54,801 nucleotides of DNA from a virus (taxonomy: Duplodnaviria > Caudoviricetes), in the IMG/VR virus record IMGVR_UViG_3300030101_000387, positions 1 to 54,801 of that record. One strand, 5' to 3'. Within the stretch, counting starts at the first letter, position 1. Each line of letters starts with the position of its first letter. A program made the position numbers and the translations under genes. This document shows positions 29,251 through 38,047 of this stretch, piece after piece. The notes under the pieces are model-generated. The model was not told the DNA's origin and ran no database searches. It worked only from the letters and a program-made list of their open reading frames with translations.

Positions 29251-31279
29251 GCCAATTATCTCCTATCTTGGCTTCAAGTAAGAGAGGCACATTCATTTCT
29301 ATATCGTATGCGTCTTTTATGACACAGTTTAGATTCTTGTTTATAATCTCAACGATAGTCAAGACTTTACGTACTTCGTCAGGGTGCACATCTATTACCA
29401 TAGAGTCATGCACTGTATTGACTAAGCATGATTGTAGAGGTTCAAGCAATCGCTCAAACTCTAGTAGTACTACAGGAACAATATCACCTGTAGCAAATCC
29501 TTGTACTGGGTAATTCTTTATCATAGTAAAGTGTGACACACTACCATTACTCCTTCGAGTCACTTCAGGGAATGCGTATTGTCTACCACTCACATTAGTA
29601 ATTTTTAGAAACCTCACGGCTTCATCACCTAGATTCTTATGCCACTTGGCTACACCTTTATACTTATCAGTAAAGTGTTGGTAGTAAGCAGCTACAGCTT
29701 TAGTTCTACCGTAACCTGTAGCGCCAAAGAGAGGGGCAAAGGTATGCTCCTTTGCTGCCTGACGCTCTGTAGGCTGTCCTGCATTGCTTATTACCTGTGC
29801 CGTGTAGGAATGCACATCAAATCCTGTTTCTATCTCCTGCATGGCTGTGCTGTCTTGTGAAAGAAATGCAGCAACTCTGAACTCCAACTGGGCAAAGTCA
29901 CATTCCATGATCTGACCACCTTCCCAACGTGATATAAACACACGCTTTACTGGAAATGTTCCTCCTCTAGGCATGTTTTGCATGTTGGGATTTCTTCCAG
30001 AAAATCTACCTGTACTGGTGATGTGCTGGGTAAGGCTGACGTGTAAGATTCCGTTAGGTTTGGTGTGTATTTCGATACCATCCACGAAACTGCTAAGGTA
30101 ACTGCTGATAGCAGACAAACGCTTAAGATCAGTAAGAAAGCTAAGAGCAAGCTGCATATTGTTATTCGTAGCGGTAGTAATAAGACTTTCCAAATTACCT
30201 TTACTAGTACTGAATCCATTTGCGCTTATCCAATTTTTGTTTGGTGCAGAAAAACACAACCCTGCTACTTGTTTTGTTTCTTTTAATTGATAGCCTCGGG
30301 TTTCACAGTCTTTACATTTGTTTGCTTTTTTGTAAGGCGTACCGTCTTTTCTTTTCTTGTGCACATACCCACGTCCACCGCATGTTGCACAGGTAAAAGC
30401 TCTAGTCTTTTTAATGATAGAACTATTTGCTTCAACTGCTTCTTTGAACTCTTGTTTTGTATTCGTGTATTCAAACAGATCAGCCCATTCTTTTTTGTTG
30501 TGCACACGTCTACTAAATATAACTTGAGATGCTTGTTCTGGACTGTTGAGATTGATAGGTGTGTCACCCATAAGATCACGAGTCTTGCGCTGCAGCCTGT
30601 CTTCTATCTCAGCTTTCTCTTTCTCAAACTCTATTCGGACTTGCTGAAGGGCGGTTCTGTCCACACGGATTCCTGACATATACATTCTGGTGAGGGCTTT
30701 ACAGGTGCGGAAGGTAATGTCTTTAACTCTATGTAAGGACTCTGATTCTGGCTTTGCGTAGTCTTGTTCCAAGGCAAGGAACAACTCACGAGTAATGTCG
30801 AGGTCACTCCTAAGATAAAAAAGAAGCTCTTGTAAAGGTATCTCATTGGTGTTGTATCCTTTCTTGTAATACTCTTTGAGAGTGTCTTGCTTCTGGTAGT
30901 TTAGATTCCTACGTTCAGCACAAGCCTCAAGACTTATAGGTTCTTTCTTGCCACGTTGTAATAGATACTCAGCTAACATCGTATCATAGATGTCACCGTC
31001 ATACTTGAAACCCGACTCCCACAACCACATCAAGTCATGCTGTGCGTTATGCATAATTAATAAGGTTGTTTTATCTAGTATATCTTGAATGCTTTTTGTT
31101 TTAGAACCTCCAACATCTTGTGACTCTTTATGATTAAGCGTAAACAAATATGTCTCGTTTACTCTGTCTACATTTTGTACACCCACCTGTACAAGTTCAA
31201 GACCAGGTTCAAACGGATCAAGAATGTTTTTCTTTTCTCTTTTAGTTATCGTATTTTCTACGTCAAGTACAAGTCTCAT
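29231..31279 (-). CDS. polA: family A DNA polymerase with DnaJ-like zinc-finger insertion
   Basis: Exonuclease motifs LDVE, HNAQHD, YDTM; CATCGGRG...CKDCETRG; TGRFSG..PN.QN.PR, DFAQLEFR, RQAAKEHTF, NYPVQG, TVHDS. Confidence 0.96.
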   Translation of the reverse strand: MRLVLDVENTITKREKKNILDPFEPGLELVQVGVQNVDRVNETYLFTLNHKESQDVGGSKTKSIQDILDKTTLLIMHNAQHDLMWLWESGFKYDGDIYDTMLAEYLLQRGKKEPISLEACAERRNLNYQKQDTLKEYYKKGYNTNEIPLQELLFYLRSDLDITRELFLALEQDYAKPESESLHRVKDITFRTCKALTRMYMSGIRVDRTALQQVRIEFEKEKAEIEDRLQRKTRDLMGDTPINLNSPEQASQVIFSRRVHNKKEWADLFEYTNTKQEFKEAVEANSSIIKKTRAFTCATCGGRGYVHKKRKDGTPYKKANKCKDCETRGYQLKETKQVAGLCFSAPNKNWISANGFSTSKGNLESLITTATNNNMQLALSFLTDLKRLSAISSYLSSFVDGIEIHTKPNGILHVSLTQHITSTGRFSGRNPNMQNMPRGGTFPVKRVFISRWEGGQIMECDFAQLEFRVAAFLSQDSTAMQEIETGFDVHSYTAQVISNAGQPTERQAAKEHTFAPLFGATGYGRTKAVAAYYQHFTDKYKGVAKWHKNLGDEAVRFLKITNVSGRQYAFPEVTRRSNGSVSHFTMIKNYPVQGFATGDIVPVVLLEFERLLEPLQSCLVNTVHDSMVIDVHPDEVRKVLTIVEIINKNLNCVIKDAYDIEMNVPLLLEAKIGDNWLDTIDV

Positions 31280-32505
31280 GCTAGGAACGTGCTTCTTTCT
31301 ATGTCTAGCTCACAATGTATAGTGCCATGCCAGCCACCCCTAAGTTTATTCTTTGCAATGTTTAAGTGGCGTTGACGTGTTTCTTCTTCACTCATACCTT
31401 CTACTACTTTGTTCTGCGATAAAAGTATCATCAAGTCAGCCTCTGCTGCTTTACCAGTACGGCTACCCTCTAGCATAGATTGATCTGGATGCACTAAACC
31501 TTCTGCTACTGCACTCAATTGAGACATCCATATAACAGCACACTTATACTGCTTTGCTATGTTACGTGCGTGTATTGCAGCCTCTTTTAAATATAAATCG
31601 GATCGTTCACCTTTACCTGATGAAAACTTGTCACCCATATCTAGCACAAGAATGTCTGGTTTAGATTGTTTTACAACAGCCTCAACCCAATCCATATTTT
31701 TACCTGAGCTTTCTTTAATAAAAATATTCTCGTCCACAGGTTTATATCTCAGTGTAGCTAAAGCCCTATTTGCATACACCTCTTCTACGCTCATGTTTGT
31801 AGCTGCACATATATACCTTAAACATACACGTTCATATCCTTCTTCGTTCAGTAAGATAATACATTTAGCCCCTTGCTCCACAAAACCTTTTTCGGATGCA
31901 ATTATACTAGCATGAAAACTTGTTTTACCTGTGTTAGGTCTTGCACCCACAACGATAAAGTGACCAGGGCTAATGCCTTTAACTCTTCGTGCTAATGACG
32001 GTATGTTAAATTTCCATTTAGACTGTTGGTCATTAAGTTTTAATACTGTTTCTAAAGATGTATCATCCCAATCAATAGAAATCTTAGGCAGAAAATTATC
32101 TTCATAATCATTTAGTATACTTCGTAAAGGCTCTAATCCAGTCCTTGAACCGTTGACATAATCAAACCCTACATTGGCAATCTCTTCGCCTATCGTTTGT
32201 TGAAATAGTTTTGACAGAACATCTGTCGCTATCTCTTTATTCAAAGGTTTTTCTTTGGCTATTTTGCTGAATAGATCACGATATAGTTCTCTGTTTGCTG
32301 TAGTCATACTCCTGTTGTTAGACTCAAACAATGCCTGTAGTTCCACAGGAGTAAGGTTCTTGTCGTACGTATCCATAGCGTAGTCTAGTGTTTGCTTGAT
32401 CTTACGTACTTCTTTTGTAAATATTTTATCGGGGCAGCGTATACCTTTGTGATTATTGTAGAACTCTTTGTCCAGCATAGTGTGGATCAATGCTAGTTCC
32501 ATCAT
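31276..32505 (-). CDS. DnaB-like replicative helicase
   Basis: Walker A GARPNTGKT, LNEE, VLDM.DK, SQLS, AKNK. Confidence 0.9.
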   Translation of the reverse strand: MMELALIHTMLDKEFYNNHKGIRCPDKIFTKEVRKIKQTLDYAMDTYDKNLTPVELQALFESNNRSMTTANRELYRDLFSKIAKEKPLNKEIATDVLSKLFQQTIGEEIANVGFDYVNGSRTGLEPLRSILNDYEDNFLPKISIDWDDTSLETVLKLNDQQSKWKFNIPSLARRVKGISPGHFIVVGARPNTGKTSFHASIIASEKGFVEQGAKCIILLNEEGYERVCLRYICAATNMSVEEVYANRALATLRYKPVDENIFIKESSGKNMDWVEAVVKQSKPDILVLDMGDKFSSGKGERSDLYLKEAAIHARNIAKQYKCAVIWMSQLSAVAEGLVHPDQSMLEGSRTGKAAEADLMILLSQNKVVEGMSEEETRQRHLNIAKNKLRGGWHGTIHCELDIERSTFLA

Positions 32506-32526
32506 ACTTGTCTCCTCTTAAGCAGT

Positions 32527-32694
32527 CTAGGAATATGTTGCTGCTATTTTCTTTTGTTGCGCTCTGTCTTGAAGCTCCTTCTGCACGTATGCGTAGTCTT
32601 CTTCTATCTTCTTTTTAGGAAGACCATTTGTAATACGCATGAAGAACTCTAACCTGTTAAGCTCCTCTTCTAGTTTGTCTGTCCTCTTACCCAT
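32527..32694 (-). CDS. hypothetical protein
   Basis: MGKRTDKLEEE..., AGGAG SD. Confidence 0.55.
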   Translation of the reverse strand: MGKRTDKLEEELNRLEFFMRITNGLPKKKIEEDYAYVQKELQDRAQQKKIAATYS

Positions 32695-32857
32695 AACTAG
32701 AGTCTCCTTTTTTATTATTGTAAACCTCATTTAATTGTTTATCGAACTCTTTATCTGCTTTGTATCTATTGCAAGCTTCCAATACTTCATCAACAGTCAG
32801 ATCAACATACACCTTACCTAAAGGTACACGCTCGTCTATTATTGCTGTCTTTATCAT
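32687..32857 (-). CDS. hypothetical protein (56 aa)
   Basis: MIKTAIIDERVPLGKVYVDLTVDEVLEAC...; AAGGAGG SD. Confidence 0.6.
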   Translation of the reverse strand: MIKTAIIDERVPLGKVYVDLTVDEVLEACNRYKADKEFDKQLNEVYNNKKGDSSYG

Positions 32858-32870
32858 CGATCCCTCCTTA

Positions 32871-33020
32871 TCAAAACATCGGATTCATTAGGTCAAATCT
32901 TTCGTACCAACTGCTACCCTCTAAGGCTAACCACATCAGCACAGGCACACCTAGTATAAAAATTATACAAACCAGGAATGCCCAACCTAAACCTTTTGTT
33001 GTACAATACTGTTCAGGCAT
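32871..33020 (-). CDS. small single-pass membrane protein (49 aa)
   Basis: MPEQYCTTKGLGWAFLVCIIFILGVPVLMWLALEGSSWYERFDLMNPMF; overlaps the upstream stop. Confidence 0.6.
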   Translation of the reverse strand: MPEQYCTTKGLGWAFLVCIIFILGVPVLMWLALEGSSWYERFDLMNPMF

Positions 33021-33228
33021 GCTTTACTTTGTACTTCTTGGGGAAGTTTTCCATGTTCATTCCCCTGCTGACTTGCTCTGCAGCCCACGAGTAATCCACA
33101 TTAAAATGTCTAGCTGCGTCAGCTATACTCTTGAAGTCCTTACCGTGTAAACGACAAGCCTTACCTCTTTGCTTGACTGTTGGCTCTACTTTAATACGGA
33201 TATGTACTGGTACGTTCTTTGGTTGCAT
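33013..33228 (-). CDS. small HTH DNA-binding protein (NUMOD1-like)
   Basis: GKDFKSIADAARHFNVDYSWAAEQVSRG. Confidence 0.65.
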   Translation of the reverse strand: MQPKNVPVHIRIKVEPTVKQRGKACRLHGKDFKSIADAARHFNVDYSWAAEQVSRGMNMENFPKKYKVKHA

Positions 33229-33431
33229 TACTTCTCTCCTATGTTTCTGGGTGCATAAACTTCACCGTTGTATTGGCTACCTGTTTCAGTATCTGTTCCG
33301 AAGTTAAAATAAGCTAGTATAACTAGCAGTGCCATTATCCAGTAGAAGGTAACCTTAACCCACTTGATGAATGCCTCGTATGTTTGCTTTGCTTCTAGCT
33401 CTGCTGCGTACTTTGGTTCTACACCCTTCAT
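33228..33431 (-). CDS. small membrane protein resembling aa3-type cytochrome c oxidase subunit IV
   Basis: AKQTYEAFIKWVKVTFYWIMALLVILAYFN matches the T-[FY]-x-[GA]-F-I-K...L-[VI]-[FI]-L-A pattern of Rhodobacteraceae subunit IV. Confidence 0.5.
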   Translation of the reverse strand: MKGVEPKYAAELEAKQTYEAFIKWVKVTFYWIMALLVILAYFNFGTDTETGSQYNGEVYAPRNIGEK

Positions 33432-34219
33432 TAAACTATCTCCTCTAGTTTCTTAATATCAGAACTTACTTTGTACTTGATGTCATCGTCAAGTCTTAAA
33501 GCTATTGTTTCTAATCCAGTGAAAGCTTCTATCTCCTTTTTATATTGCAGTGTCTTTTGTGCAGCGTCTGGATCTAAGGCCACTATAACTTTGTGAAAGC
33601 TATCTAAGTGTTGCATATCTGCCACACCAAAAGATGTACCAAGTATTGCTAAACCTGTTACGCCTGGAAACTCTTGGGCTGCAACCGTAGCACTAATAAC
33701 ATCTTCAACTATTATCACCACACCATTAGGTTTACCGATAGCACGAGTAAACACTGTAGGTGTTCTGTCATATCGTAACCACTTAACTTGTCCTGCGTAG
33801 GAAGTACATCTACCTGTAGCTCCTACCAGTCTACCTCTTTCATGGATAGGAAATACTACACGTTCATCCCTTACATCGTACATCAAGTCCTCCCCTTCTA
33901 GACCCCACCTACTTACAAAGCGTGTGAAATTCTTGTGCTCTGCTGTGGGCTTGACTACATACTCAGGCCAAGTGAATAACTCGTGTTCCGACTCAGGCTC
34001 TTCATACTGATTAAGTCTACGTTGTATTTCTTGTGCTGTCATACCTGAAGACACTACACCTTTAACTCTGCAATCAAGCTTGTAACAATTGTAAAGCATA
34101 GCACTGCCATCTCGTGTAGCAGTGAATGTGTTCTTACCTCTACACACAGGGCAGTCACCCCTATGTCTATAATCTTCTTTTAAATCAAGGGTTTCTAGAT
34201 AGCTTCTAATGTTGTTCAT
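33431..34219 (-). CDS. DNA primase (zinc ribbon + TOPRIM)
   Basis: CPVC...CYKLDC, VVFPI...GR, IIVEDVISA, ALDPDA. Confidence 0.88.
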   Translation of the reverse strand: MNNIRSYLETLDLKEDYRHRGDCPVCRGKNTFTATRDGSAMLYNCYKLDCRVKGVVSSGMTAQEIQRRLNQYEEPESEHELFTWPEYVVKPTAEHKNFTRFVSRWGLEGEDLMYDVRDERVVFPIHERGRLVGATGRCTSYAGQVKWLRYDRTPTVFTRAIGKPNGVVIIVEDVISATVAAQEFPGVTGLAILGTSFGVADMQHLDSFHKVIVALDPDAAQKTLQYKKEIEAFTGLETIALRLDDDIKYKVSSDIKKLEEIV

Positions 34220-35123
34220 TTTTGCTCCTGCGCTTATTAAGTGCATTACTTGCCCCACTAAATGTGTTGACTAGGTATGGCTTAACTGAATCAGGATTCA
34301 CATGACCTGTCACTTGCATCAACTCAAGAGTCTCAACACCTGCCTCTACCATCTCAGTGATTGCAGTCCTGCGTAGATCCATAGCTGTCAATTTCTTTGG
34401 TAGTCGTGCAGCTTCTTTGACTTCGTTGATAGCATCATCGATGTGGTCAACTGCGTAAGGTACGTATGCTCCTGCTACTGGTGTAGTCTTTGGTGCTACG
34501 TAGTCTTGGAATCCAAAGTCTTGGCTTTGTTTCTTAAGCATAGAAAGCAGGTCATCAGGTATAGGTAGATGTACATCAGCACCACGTTTACTTTGTGTTA
34601 AATCAACACGTTGTTCGTTGAAGTTAATGTTATCCCAAGTCAAGGTACGCATGTCTCCAACACGCTGCGCCCACTCGTAAGCCATGTGCACGATCAACCC
34701 AATGCTGCGCCACTTAAAGTTACCGTATGCTGTGTCAAGAAAAGACACTACTTGGTCACGAGTCCATTTGACTTTTCGTGGCTTAGTGTTCTTCGTCTTG
34801 ATCAAACGCACTGGATCATTATCCATTACATCTAACCTCATGCTGCACTTCCATGCCTTAGATAGAACAGCCTTACGATAATTAGCTGTACGCACACCTG
34901 ACACAAGCCATTGCTCGTAAGCCTGGTTAGTGTGTCTAGATTTAATACTACGCACTGTGTAGTTACGTAGCAGCTTACCTTCTACTTTAGTATTGAGTAC
35001 AACATCCAAATGTTTAGCGTAGTCTTTCTGAGACTTTGCACTTAGATTAAGGAAGTCATTACTGTGTAAATAAAAATCTACAATGACTTCTAGCTTAGAT
35101 GTATTCTTTGGTATCTCTCTCAT
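34206..35123 (-). CDS. tyrosine recombinase/integrase
   Basis: AQRVGD (R), QSKR (K), MDLRRT, TGH and Y catalytic positions. Confidence 0.9.
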   Translation of the reverse strand: MREIPKNTSKLEVIVDFYLHSNDFLNLSAKSQKDYAKHLDVVLNTKVEGKLLRNYTVRSIKSRHTNQAYEQWLVSGVRTANYRKAVLSKAWKCSMRLDVMDNDPVRLIKTKNTKPRKVKWTRDQVVSFLDTAYGNFKWRSIGLIVHMAYEWAQRVGDMRTLTWDNINFNEQRVDLTQSKRGADVHLPIPDDLLSMLKKQSQDFGFQDYVAPKTTPVAGAYVPYAVDHIDDAINEVKEAARLPKKLTAMDLRRTAITEMVEAGVETLELMQVTGHVNPDSVKPYLVNTFSGASNALNKRRSKNEQH

Positions 35124-35389
35124 TTTCTCCTCATTTTTATTTTAATCCAACACAACCAAGATTCAAGACAATGGCCTTCTCCCATAATCGAATCTATAAT
35201 GTGTACGATGTTACTCTTTCCCTCCCTTTTCCACTGGTGGTTTCTTGCGCTCAACGTTTGATTGTTTTGACCTCCTAGAATTACGTTTAACAATATGCTC
35301 ACTGCTATCATTATCCGCTTTAGGTAGATGCCCAAGTCTGTCAGTAATGTCATCATGTGGATCATCTTTCGGGTCAACTTCATCATCAT
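35120..35389 (-). CDS. hypothetical membrane-associated protein
   Basis: LNVILGG..NQTLSAR...W...ID.....GHC..SW; stop overlaps the integrase ATG; start uncertain. Confidence 0.6.
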   Translation of the reverse strand: MMMKLTRKMIHMMTLLTDLGIYLKRIMIAVSILLNVILGGQNNQTLSARNHQWKREGKSNIVHIIDSIMGEGHCLESWLCWIKIKMRRK

Positions 35390-35392
35390 GTG

Positions 35393-35500
35393 TCATCTTC
35401 TTTTATTTCTTCCATCGTTGTTACCTTTGTATGTGTCATACACGAACCACACAAATGCGAGTAGATAAACTACGATTATAAGTATCGGTATTTTATACAT
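35393..35500 (-). CDS. 35-aa membrane peptide
   Basis: MYKIPILIIVVYLLAFVWFVYDTYKGNNDGRNKRR. Confidence 0.5.
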   Translation of the reverse strand: MYKIPILIIVVYLLAFVWFVYDTYKGNNDGRNKRR

Positions 35501-35513
35501 TAAAACACTGCTT

Positions 35514-35825
35514 TTACACGTTAATATAAGGGTGAGTATTCATAGTGTACTCTATACCCATCTCGTAGTCAGGACTTGCAGAATATAGCTCTGCTAGTGC
35601 ATCCACTGTAACCCTTACATTATTGTGGAACATACCTGACTTATCCTGATAGTCATCAAAGTCATTGTTTACAGGTATGACTGTAAGTATTTCTTTCCAG
35701 TGTTTCCATCTGTGATCCTCTGGCTTATCATCAGGGTTTAAACACTTACGATGTCTTTCGTATACGTAGATAACTGCATCATGATAGTCACCTACTTTTA
35801 CTTTGTATGTTTTGTCTTCTAACAT
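35514..35825 (-). CDS. hypothetical protein
   Basis: 103 aa, TAATG coupling, AGAGG SD. Confidence 0.65.
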   Translation of the reverse strand: MLEDKTYKVKVGDYHDAVIYVYERHRKCLNPDDKPEDHRWKHWKEILTVIPVNNDFDDYQDKSGMFHNNVRVTVDALAELYSASPDYEMGIEYTMNTHPYINV

Positions 35826-35965
35826 TATTTGCTTCCTCTCTTCTTAGCAAAGTCCTCTACTATTCTTTTGTTTCTGCATATAACTAAGACGTATCCATCC
35901 TTATCATACGCAACCCATTTCTTTTTGCGTTTCATAACGATTAATTTATTCTTAGCTCTAGGCAT
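35825..35965 (-). CDS. small basic hypothetical protein (46 aa)
   Basis: MPRAKNKLIVMKRKKKWVAYDKDGYVLVICRNKRIVE... Confidence 0.5.
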   Translation of the reverse strand: MPRAKNKLIVMKRKKKWVAYDKDGYVLVICRNKRIVEDFAKKRGSK

Positions 35966-36114
35966 GCTAGTGTCTCACTGTTGTTTGATACCAACACAGC
36001 AGCCTCACTCATTGCTGCAGTACACTCTTCTTCACTAGTGTATGTTTCAACGTGGTAGTATTTTACGGACTGCGAATTAACCAGTAGCTGCATCCATACT
36101 AAAGCCCATACCAT
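35941..36114 (-). CDS. small two-cysteine protein with hydrophobic N-terminus (57 aa)
   Basis: MVWALVWMQL...TYTSEEEC...LACLEL; GGAGG SD. Confidence 0.65.
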   Translation of the reverse strand: MVWALVWMQLLVNSQSVKYYHVETYTSEEECTAAMSEAAVLVSNNSETLACLELRIN

Positions 36115-36118
36115 TACA

Positions 36119-36289
36119 TTACCCCTCCTTTTTCTTTACAATGTCTTCGCATATGTTCATCAAGGTTTCAGTTGATTCAGGTGGTATGACTAGTGTCTCA
36201 CCTGTGGCATCGTGAGTGACTCTAAGAGTACCGTTGTCGAGTAACTCTGCCTCCCAACCATGACCTAAACTATGTTTTACGTTAGCCAT
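36119..36289 (-). CDS. hypothetical protein (56 aa)
   Basis: MANVKHSLGHGWEAELLDNG...; TAATG coupling. Confidence 0.6.
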   Translation of the reverse strand: MANVKHSLGHGWEAELLDNGTLRVTHDATGETLVIPPESTETLMNICEDIVKKKEG

Positions 36290-36504
36290 TACCATTCCTT
36301 CCTGTCTGTTTCACTGTAATAAGCATCACTGTATTCTTTTATTTGCTCTTTTGTCATTTGAGCTTTCTCAACTCTACACCCTGTGTACGCACCTTCAGGC
36401 CACCAATGAGGGTCATAGACTCTTCCATAATATCTATCTGAACTACCCCTGTCTTCTGGAGAGCCGTGATCAGGTAGTCCTGTAACATCTCCGTATATAT
36501 TCAT
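36289..36504 (-). CDS. hypothetical protein
   Basis: HGSP.DRG..D.YYGR...PHWWP.G motif. Confidence 0.7.
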   Translation of the reverse strand: MNIYGDVTGLPDHGSPEDRGSSDRYYGRVYDPHWWPEGAYTGCRVEKAQMTKEQIKEYSDAYYSETDRKEW

Positions 36505-36836
36505 TGCTGTGTCTCCTTTTGTTTTTCTGCAATGTCATGTACCCTATCCATGAATACAGCTAATGCTATATTAAAATCTGTTATGCTACAGTTTTCTGCA
36601 ACATCCCTAATATTATCCCAGAAATCATACTTATGTGGTTTTCTTGCCACGGTTCCAGGATTTGGCTTATTGTCTATAACTTCCTTAGCTGCATCATCTA
36701 TTGCACCAGTGAATGTGTTAAGCCACTTGAGTAGGTTGGGCTTGTCCGTTGGTACTTCTACCATGTCAGCTTTAATCTTCTTAGCCTCAGCCTGTGTGCC
36801 TACCCATTCGCCTTGCTTATTCATGTACAATCTCAT
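36501..36836 (-). CDS. hypothetical protein
   Basis: 111 aa, G.W.GTQAEA...VPTDK..LL.WLN; ATGA coupling. Confidence 0.7.
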   Translation of the reverse strand: MRLYMNKQGEWVGTQAEAKKIKADMVEVPTDKPNLLKWLNTFTGAIDDAAKEVIDNKPNPGTVARKPHKYDFWDNIRDVAENCSITDFNIALAVFMDRVHDIAEKQKETQQ

Positions 36837-37045
36837 TTGCCTAGCACCCTCTGTAAATCTTCATCCGTTGTTTCTTTGACGTATACCCAATCGTATATGT
36901 CTTCACCTGCACCTAGTCGTGGCCTGAAGTATCCGACATCTCCTACCTCACCCATGACAACCTTAGCTGCGTTGAATGCATCGATGTCACTGTAGCCTAG
37001 AAACTGCACAGCTTTACCGTTCTTATGATATGTTTTAACTTTCAT
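36833..37045 (-). CDS. hypothetical protein
   Basis: 70 aa in a tightly coupled early array. Confidence 0.6.
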   Translation of the reverse strand: MKVKTYHKNGKAVQFLGYSDIDAFNAAKVVMGEVGDVGYFRPRLGAGEDIYDWVYVKETTDEDLQRVLGK

Positions 37046-37229
37046 TACTTGTACTTACCCTTACATCTAATCGCCAACTGAAACCTACCAAAGTTTTAGA
37101 TGTTGCTAAACCTATATCTATTATATGTTCGTGTATTACATCAGCAATTGTGTCTATTGTGTGACAGTCTAAGTCTTCTGCTGCTATAACGATGTCTTTA
37201 AACTGTCGTTTTTGATAAGGCGTATTCAT
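37035..37229 (-). CDS. hypothetical protein
   Basis: 64 aa, GAGGAG SD. Confidence 0.6.
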   Translation of the reverse strand: MNTPYQKRQFKDIVIAAEDLDCHTIDTIADVIHEHIIDIGLATSKTLVGFSWRLDVRVSTSNES

Positions 37230-37405
37230 GCCAGTATCTCCTCTAGTTGATTGATAATAGCATTGCCCTTGCAGATTTTGTCTACTGCTAGGTGTCTTTC
37301 CTCTTCAGTGTTAAACGGAGACACAGCATCTACTTCCAGTTGTTTGAAGCTAAGTGCCACGTTAACTATCTTCTGTCTGTTAAAAAATAAATCTTGTAGT
37401 TGCAT
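37226..37405 (-). CDS. hypothetical protein
   Basis: MQLQDLFFNRQ..., AGGAGG SD. Confidence 0.55.
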   Translation of the reverse strand: MQLQDLFFNRQKIVNVALSFKQLEVDAVSPFNTEEERHLAVDKICKGNAIINQLEEILA

Positions 37406-37406
37406 T

Positions 37407-37733
37407 TTATTCATCCTCCTTCTTGTGAAACCATGCTCTATCATCGTCAGGTAAAACGTATGGACGCCAATGATTAGGATCACCCTCACTATCTGTTGGT
37501 GGTCTGAAGTTAAACATGTCCTTCAATGTTATAGACATATCCTCTAGTTTACTCACCTTGGTCAAATTAGTATCAAACATCTCCCTGAAGTCCGTGCATA
37601 TTGAATCCATAATCCGATATACTTCTAGTAGTTCTTTTACCTCTTCACGAGTTAGATCTGTCTTTAGTTTTACTTTTTTCTTAGCCATAGTTTTAGCTCC
37701 TTCTATTGCTTCCATTATTTCATCACTGTCCAT
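37407..37733 (-). CDS. hypothetical protein
   Basis: 108 aa (alternative start 37688). Confidence 0.65.
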   Translation of the reverse strand: MDSDEIMEAIEGAKTMAKKKVKLKTDLTREEVKELLEVYRIMDSICTDFREMFDTNLTKVSKLEDMSITLKDMFNFRPPTDSEGDPNHWRPYVLPDDDRAWFHKKEDE

Positions 37734-37734
37734 A

Positions 37735-37836
37735 TCAATAGTCCTCCTCTAATCCTGACCATACGTATGCTAGGTATCGCCAAAAGGTTTTACCAAATGC
37801 TTCATTCATTATGTCTTCTAGTTCTTGTTCAGTCAT
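37735..37836 (-). CDS. 33-aa hypothetical peptide
   Basis: MTEQELEDIMNEAFGKTFWRYL..., GAGG SD. Confidence 0.5.
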   Translation of the reverse strand: MTEQELEDIMNEAFGKTFWRYLAYVWSGLEEDY

Positions 37837-38047
37837 TGTCTTGTACCTCTTCCCAAGTATAGGGATCAAAACTAAAATCATAGTCTGCCCATTTAAAATC
37901 TGATCCATTTTTAGAAAGCCAGTTGTGGATAGCATTCTTTAGATATGTCTTTGATAGTTTGTCCTTACTGTATTCTAGTATATGTTCTGGCACATCTACA
38001 AAACATTCTTTGTAGACTGTCTCCTCTGCTAATACTCTTATCTTCAT
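37829..38047 (-). CDS. hypothetical protein
   Basis: 72 aa, ATGA-coupled to the methyltransferase. Confidence 0.6.
   Translation of the reverse strand: MKIRVLAEETVYKECFVDVPEHILEYSKDKLSKTYLKNAIHNWLSKNGSDFKWADYDFSFDPYTWEEVQDND

Noticed and set aside
24159-31915. Alternative-frame ORFs within nrdJ, polymerase and helicase
   Set aside because: Fully nested in well-supported genes, with atypical composition and no motifs
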